64,000 nt of DNA from Lama guanicoe (taxonomy: Eukaryota): the NCBI GenBank assembly GCA_013239625.1, contig MU056905.1, positions 455,967-519,966 of the forward strand, in the 5' to 3' direction. Within the stretch, counting starts at the first letter, position 1, and each line of letters opens with the position of its first letter. Shown piece after piece: positions 58,601 to 64,000 of the stretch. The translations under genes were made by a program, and so were the position numbers. A model generated the notes under the pieces. The model worked only from the letters and a program-made list of their open reading frames with translations, did not search any database and was not told where the DNA came from.

Positions 58601-60140
58601 ACAGAGTGCAGCGCAAGCGGCGGGCGGCGGGACCTCACTGTGGGCGGCTGTGCGGCTTCCCTGGCTGTGTGCTTTGAGTTTGTGTCTGTCATTTCATGTA
58701 TCCACGTGTGCCTCGCCGCCGGTGCGTCCCAGGCGTGAGGAAGGGATCAGGGATGAGTCCACATCTCTCTGCCTGGGGTCCTGGACACTCTGGGAGAGTG
58801 AAGCCCCACCACCGCCAGAACCCAGCCCCAGACCAGACCCTCACAGTTGTGCTCCTGCCTTTGAAGGGGAAAGTCCACGGTCTGCTTCGAGTGGCCATGG
58901 TATCCCACTCCTCTCCCCAGTTTCCTTAGTTTGGTCTTCCCGACCTGTCTCCATCCTGTGGCCTTCCGCGGGTGCCTCTAACTACCCACGGAGGTGAAAG
59001 TTTCTCCTAAGCTTAAAATTTTCCAGAGAGAATCCACCAGAGCAGGCAGCACCCTGTTTTCATTTGACTGTATATAACTCTATGAGGGCCAGGAAATCAT
59101 TCCTATCTCATTGCAACCCCTCCTGTAGTCTTTCCAGTTTATTTCCTCTTATTCTGTCTTCTGTGAAAGAAATGTAATGGCTAAGGGCCCAGCACAAAAT
59201 ATCTTAGCTGCTTAAAACATTTGTAGAATGAATGATCTGGAATTTAAACTTAAGTCTTGTAGCAGGGCAGAGTCTCTTCCATCAAATTGAATCCTACGTG
59301 GGACTCTGGCAAGAACCACCTTAGGATTCCTTAGAACTCCTCCTCCTTAATGACCCCCTGCTTTGCCATGGAGGGAAATCCTATGTAAACAGAAAGTGGA
59401 GCTGTATTCACTAATCCATGATCCCAGATGTGAGTTTTAATTTCAAGAACTCTGGAGGTTGGAAGGAAGGGTGATCAGGTGAAGGTATTTACTCCACGCC
59501 AAGTATCAAGTGGAAGCTCCCCTCTTCCCAAGTGGTGGAGGAGAAAAGAACAGAAGTAAAGTGGCAGAGTAAAGATTCCCAACATGGAAGGATTGCCTTT
59601 TAGGCAACTAAGTAGATCAGGCCTTCGATCTGGCAAAACAGAGACATATCAGCCGAACCAGCTCCCAAGAAGTATGGAGGCAGGAGATGACAGAGTCAGA
59701 GGTAAAGAAAAAAGCAGAAGGAATACTGGGACTTCGGCCTCTGTCCATGTAACTTAAGGACACACCCTTTTTCCCTCCTGGCCAGTGGAACTGTTCCAGC
59801 CAAGACATTGCTGCCTCTGAGACCCAAGTCAGACTCCTACACAATCCAATTCGCAAAACTTGAGAGCAAATGCCTCCCTTACCAACTGAAAAAGAATGGG
59901 CTGGAAACTACAAAAGAATTGCAAAATAAGATTAGAGTTAAAGAGCTCTAATTAGGAGATTAGGATTAGAGCTAAGGAACTTCCCAAACTAGGCAGGTAT
60001 TTCAACTAGAAGAGGTGGGAAAAGGGTGGGAGATGTACTTCCAGAGGGATCTCTCAATATTTCTTCTCAACACAGTGGCATATCCCACCCTTGCTCTCCC
60101 AGCCCCCCAATTCCTAACCTATTTTAAGAAAAGGAAAATT

Positions 60141-60164
60141 CACACACACACACACACACACACA
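60141..60164. repeat. (CA)n microsatellite
   Basis: About 12 CA units. Confidence 0.95.
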
Positions 60165-61989
60165 AAATAATTCATGGGAGATACCTCAGAGACCATCTAG
60201 TCCAACCCCACTCATTTAACAAATGGGAAAACTAAGCCCAGAAAAATGATATGGTCCCACAGAGAGTCAGTGACAAAGCCAGGACCAAGTCTCCTAACCT
60301 TTTTCTAGTGCTTTTCCGTTCTGTGGCTCTTTCTTTCTTTAGTCACCAGTCCTTGCGTTTAACCTCAACACCATCCCTCTTGTTCCAGTCCAGTTCCATC
60401 TCTGCCTTACCTACCTCTAGGGAGAGAAGAACAGGGTGTGCTGCTCCATTCATGGGCTCAAAAGACCACTATTCTTCTCTCTTTTCCCCTTGTCCCCCAC
60501 CCCCAGCTTTCCCAGGCTCCTTCTGCCCAATCTCGTCCCTCTCCTTGCCAGCTTCCAAACTGCCCCTGTCCCTCGGAGACCCTGCCTCCTCACTCCCTCA
60601 ACCCCACAACCCCTTCCGACAAGCTGTGAGTTTGATAGAGACCAAAAATGATGCTTTGGCAGCGGGTGATGGCTGGATGTGATCTGCCTCCCACGGGAAT
60701 GCTATTTAAAGGGGCGGCCTCGCAATCCTTGCCTTCCAGAGTGACAAGAGAAAAGCCTGCTCCTCAATCTCCCCAGAGCTGCAAACTCAGCTCAAGTTCA
60801 CTTCTGACTTCCTCAACCTGCACCCTGGCCTGCTGCTCCTGCTTCCTATTCAGGTGGGAGGGAGAGGACTTGACAACTCACTGAGGTGTGGGGGCTGAGG
60901 GGGGGGTTCATCTTCATCTGCTTTGATGACAGGTACTTAGGAGGAGCAGGAGGCCCTGTGGGGCGGAGGACTGGAAGAAGTCTTCCCCCAACCGCGTGAG
61001 TGCCTTTCAGCCATGTGCCAGCTTCTTCGCCAAGTCAAACTTTGTTGGAGAAGAACTGATCTAGGCATGGGGACCCAGGTTAGGGAAATCTGGTGCCAGT
61101 CGGGGACCTCCTTCCCCCCCGGGGTCCCTGTGCTTAACTCACAGTTGTTCTTTTCCTCTCAGGCCGGGTGCCAAAGGGTGAGATACCCTCAGGCCGGCCC
61201 TGGCCTGCCTGCACGTGGAGGCTGTCCTCACCTGCCCACTGGACTGAACATCATAGTGGGGGAAGCACTGTTTTCACTGCCCAAAGGAGCAGGAGCTCCT
61301 CTGCAAGCATCTCGCCCCAGGTCTGGTGGGAGGGATAATTCCATCTCATTGCTGCAAACAAGTTAATGGAGATTTTAATGAAAACACTGCACTAATGAAA
61401 ATGCTGAGACTAGAACCTACTCTCTGCCTGAGACAAAATAATCGGGGTCAGAATTTCTGATATTCATTCCTCAGTTCCTTTTAGGCCTAAATAAAGCGAG
61501 CTGGGGATCTGAGAGCAGGAAGCAGTTCATAGTTGATGGCATCCCAGACTGTAAGAGGTCAGAGACCCTCCTGGCCAAGGCAGCAAACTGCCAAAATGCC
61601 GATGGGTCCTGTTACTTCATCTGTCCTTCACCTCTACACATTCACCTTTTGCTTCAGGTGGTAAAGACCGTATGTGTTCACCTTCTCCTATTTTTGTTCA
61701 TTCTAGGGTCTCTGGATTCTAGCAACGAAGTCTTCCTAGATGAAAAGGCAGTTCGGGCAGGCAGAAAAGGTTTAGGACTGAATGTCAGACTCGGGTCCCA
61801 GTTCCAGATGTACTGCTAAACATGTGACCTTCATTAAGTCATTTAACATCTCTGAATCTGCTTACTGGTCTGAAATAGGGAAGCCTTCCCTGGCTACCTT
61901 GCAGAATTGTCTTAAGGATGTGATAGCACTTTGAAAAAGCATATGTGAAAGAAATGTGTGTGATTATATGTTTATAAAAAGATATATGT

Positions 61990-62390
61990 CACATGACAAA
62001 ATTTTTGAAAAGGAGAACAGATTTGGGTTGCCAGGGGTTAGGGAAGGGGAACCAGGTTGTGGGAGGGACATAAAAGAATAACATGAGGGGTCCCTGGAGT
62101 GATGGAATCATTCTGTATCTTGACCATGGAGGCAGACGCCTGNNNNNNNNNNNNNNNNNNNNNNNNNNNNNNNNNNNNNNNNNNNNNNNNNNNNNNNNNN
62201 NNNNNNNNNNNNNNNNNNNNNNNNNNNNNNNNNNNNNNNNNNNNNNNNNNNNNNNNNNNNNNNNNNNNNNNNNNNNNNNNNNNNNNNNNNNNNNNNNNNN
62301 NNNNNNNNNNNNNACACCGGATCTCTGTATTCTTTCTTACAAGTGCATGTGGATTAACTACATCAACAAAAATTTTAATTTAAAAAAAGT
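61990..62390 (+). mobile_element. Old L1 (L1MB/MC-type) 3' fragment spanning a gap
   Basis: ggagaacaga..ggttgccaggggttaggg..gtgatggaa..ttctgtatcttga; ends aaaattttaatttaaaaaaa. Confidence 0.65.
62143..62313. other. Assembly gap (171 N)
   Basis: N run. Confidence 1.
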
Positions 62391-64000
62391 ATCATATCTC
62401 CCCTCTATTCCCCTGCGGCAACTTGTCTTGCCACCCTCTGGGAGGTTCCTCTTAAGCAATTCCGTGTGCAGATGGAAAAGGCATCTCCGGTCTCCTCAAG
62501 AAGATCCCGGCAGAAATATGAGAGTATGAGGGCAGTTGTTCAGACTTTTGAGCTTTCTCTTCCTCCTCAACTTTGCCCTCAGTCTCAGTAAGCCTGACCC
62601 TAAATCACTCACTAGAACATAACGTCCTTTCCATAGCAAGGAAGGACAATTAGCTGACTCAGGAAGCAGAACCCTCTGATGCTTCTATCCTAAAGAGGAG
62701 ACAATTGTTGCTAAGAAAAACTTGTGTATTGGTTATGGGTGCCAAGTTTAAAAAGTATTGATTATGCCTGGGTCTCAAGAAATAAAGATCAAACACAAAT
62801 ACAAAAATCTAACAACAGCTATCAAATAGTTTTAATGGATGCCGGATTGTTTTGCTAAAAACCAAAAACTGCTTCCTTTTTATCATGGAAGTATAGACAT
62901 GACCCCAAGTAATTAACCAGTCAATTATCTTTGCTCATGCCAACCACTCTAGACCTGTGACACGTATGATCTGTTGCCCCAGTTCTCCCTGGCACTGAGT
63001 GCACAGAAGTGATGGATGAGGGCGGCTATTTCCTGCCATGGAACTAACTAAACCTAGTTTAGTGCTATCTTGAGTGCCCCAGGCTCTGTGACACTTGAAA
63101 TTCTAATTAGTGCAGAAAGGGGCTAAGTTGAAACAGCTTGTACTCCCTCAAGTATACCCAGTCTCAGGGCCCTGTAACCTAATGAGGTCTATGAAATTTA
63201 AGAGCTAGAAGAGAAATCCCTGCCTGGAGCAACAGCTGTACCCAGGATGACAAGAGGATTTGGGTTAAATGAGTCCGTTCAAATAGGAGGGAGAATACCC
63301 CCAAATGGTGTGTGACGGAAACTCACGTGACTCTGGTCCAGTTCGTCGTCATGTGACCCAGAATTAATATTAATCTAGACTGACCCTCAGCTCTGCTTGT
63401 GGCAATTTCAGGGAAACCAGGAAGGGTTGAAGTCAAACAGATGAGAGCACTTACTAGTTACCTACAAGGTGTGACAGGGCAGGTGAGGGGCTTTGGGGCA
63501 GTGGAAATCCCTCACGAGCACTTCCTCACTGCCCCGCAGGCAGCAGAGCTGGAGGCAGAGACTTATGACTCCTAAAAGAGCCCTCACAAAGGAAAAAAGG
63601 GGTTCCTTTGCAGTAGGAGCAGGCTGAATGTTTGCTGAACACATCTGGAAAAAGAAGAGAGGAGATAATCGTCCTAATGAATGTGCAAGAGACAATAGCA
63701 GCTCCAGCGGGAGGATTATAAGCTCATTATGGTTTAATATGATGATTGATCATCTCTGCCCGCCAGCATATCCTGGAATAGTGATGAAGGTTGGAGAGAC
63801 CCGTGCCAGTCAGAGCTCAAGCTCCAGTCCCCAGAAGACAGAAAACATACTTGTATGTTACATTTCTTTCATTGTAAAAATTCACACATGTGGCCCCAAT
63901 CCCCTAACTTTATTTCATAAAAAAGTCCTCCGTCCCCCCAGCCAGCCCCACTTCTCTATGATTTCTCAGCCCTGGGCCGCCCCTTCACATCCCCCTTCAC

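Noticed and set aside
57620-58997. 231-aa and 256-aa ORFs antisense to the PDE1B 5' end
   Set aside because: CpG-island artefacts with no family resemblance
63462-63695. 77-aa minus-strand ORF as a possible NCKAP1L last exon
   Set aside because: Does not resemble the NCKAP1L C-terminus as I recall it

Overview
Mammalian (camelid) genomic DNA, not prokaryotic. It contains three complete intron-containing genes: GLYCAM1/lactophorin (PP3) on + (CDS 2962-5116, 4 exons, 155 aa), PPP1R1A (protein phosphatase inhibitor-1) on + (CDS 24099-31568, 7 exons, 171 aa) and PDE1B on - (CDS 58097-34533, 14 coding exons, 535 aa). PDE1B also has the alternative PDE1B2 first exon at 47017-47069 (516 aa isoform). 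All exons were spliced by hand at GT-AG boundaries and give open frames. The camelid call rests on a GLYCAM1 nearly identical to dromedary lactophorin as I recall it, plus two Vic-1-like tRNA-derived SINEs. A South American camelid is my inference from a few residue differences. The rest is ordinary mammalian repeat content (L1, L2, MIR, MLT1/MER21/LTR16-like LTRs, an ERV1-type solo LTR, MER53/MER33/MER5A/MER46C) and two N gaps. Repeat family names and ortholog comparisons come from memory, not from searches. I found no convincing new gene system. The leads most worth checking are: Val at the GLYCAM1 signal-peptide -1 position; a 16-bp-periodic GAS/STAT5 triplet in the GLYCAM1 promoter; paralog-like substitutions in PDE1B; an intronic CRE/CCAAT promoter upstream of PDE1B2; co-oriented CTCF motifs; a set of RFX X-boxes; and convergent PPP1R1A/PDE1B 3' ends with no canonical PPP1R1A poly(A) signal.
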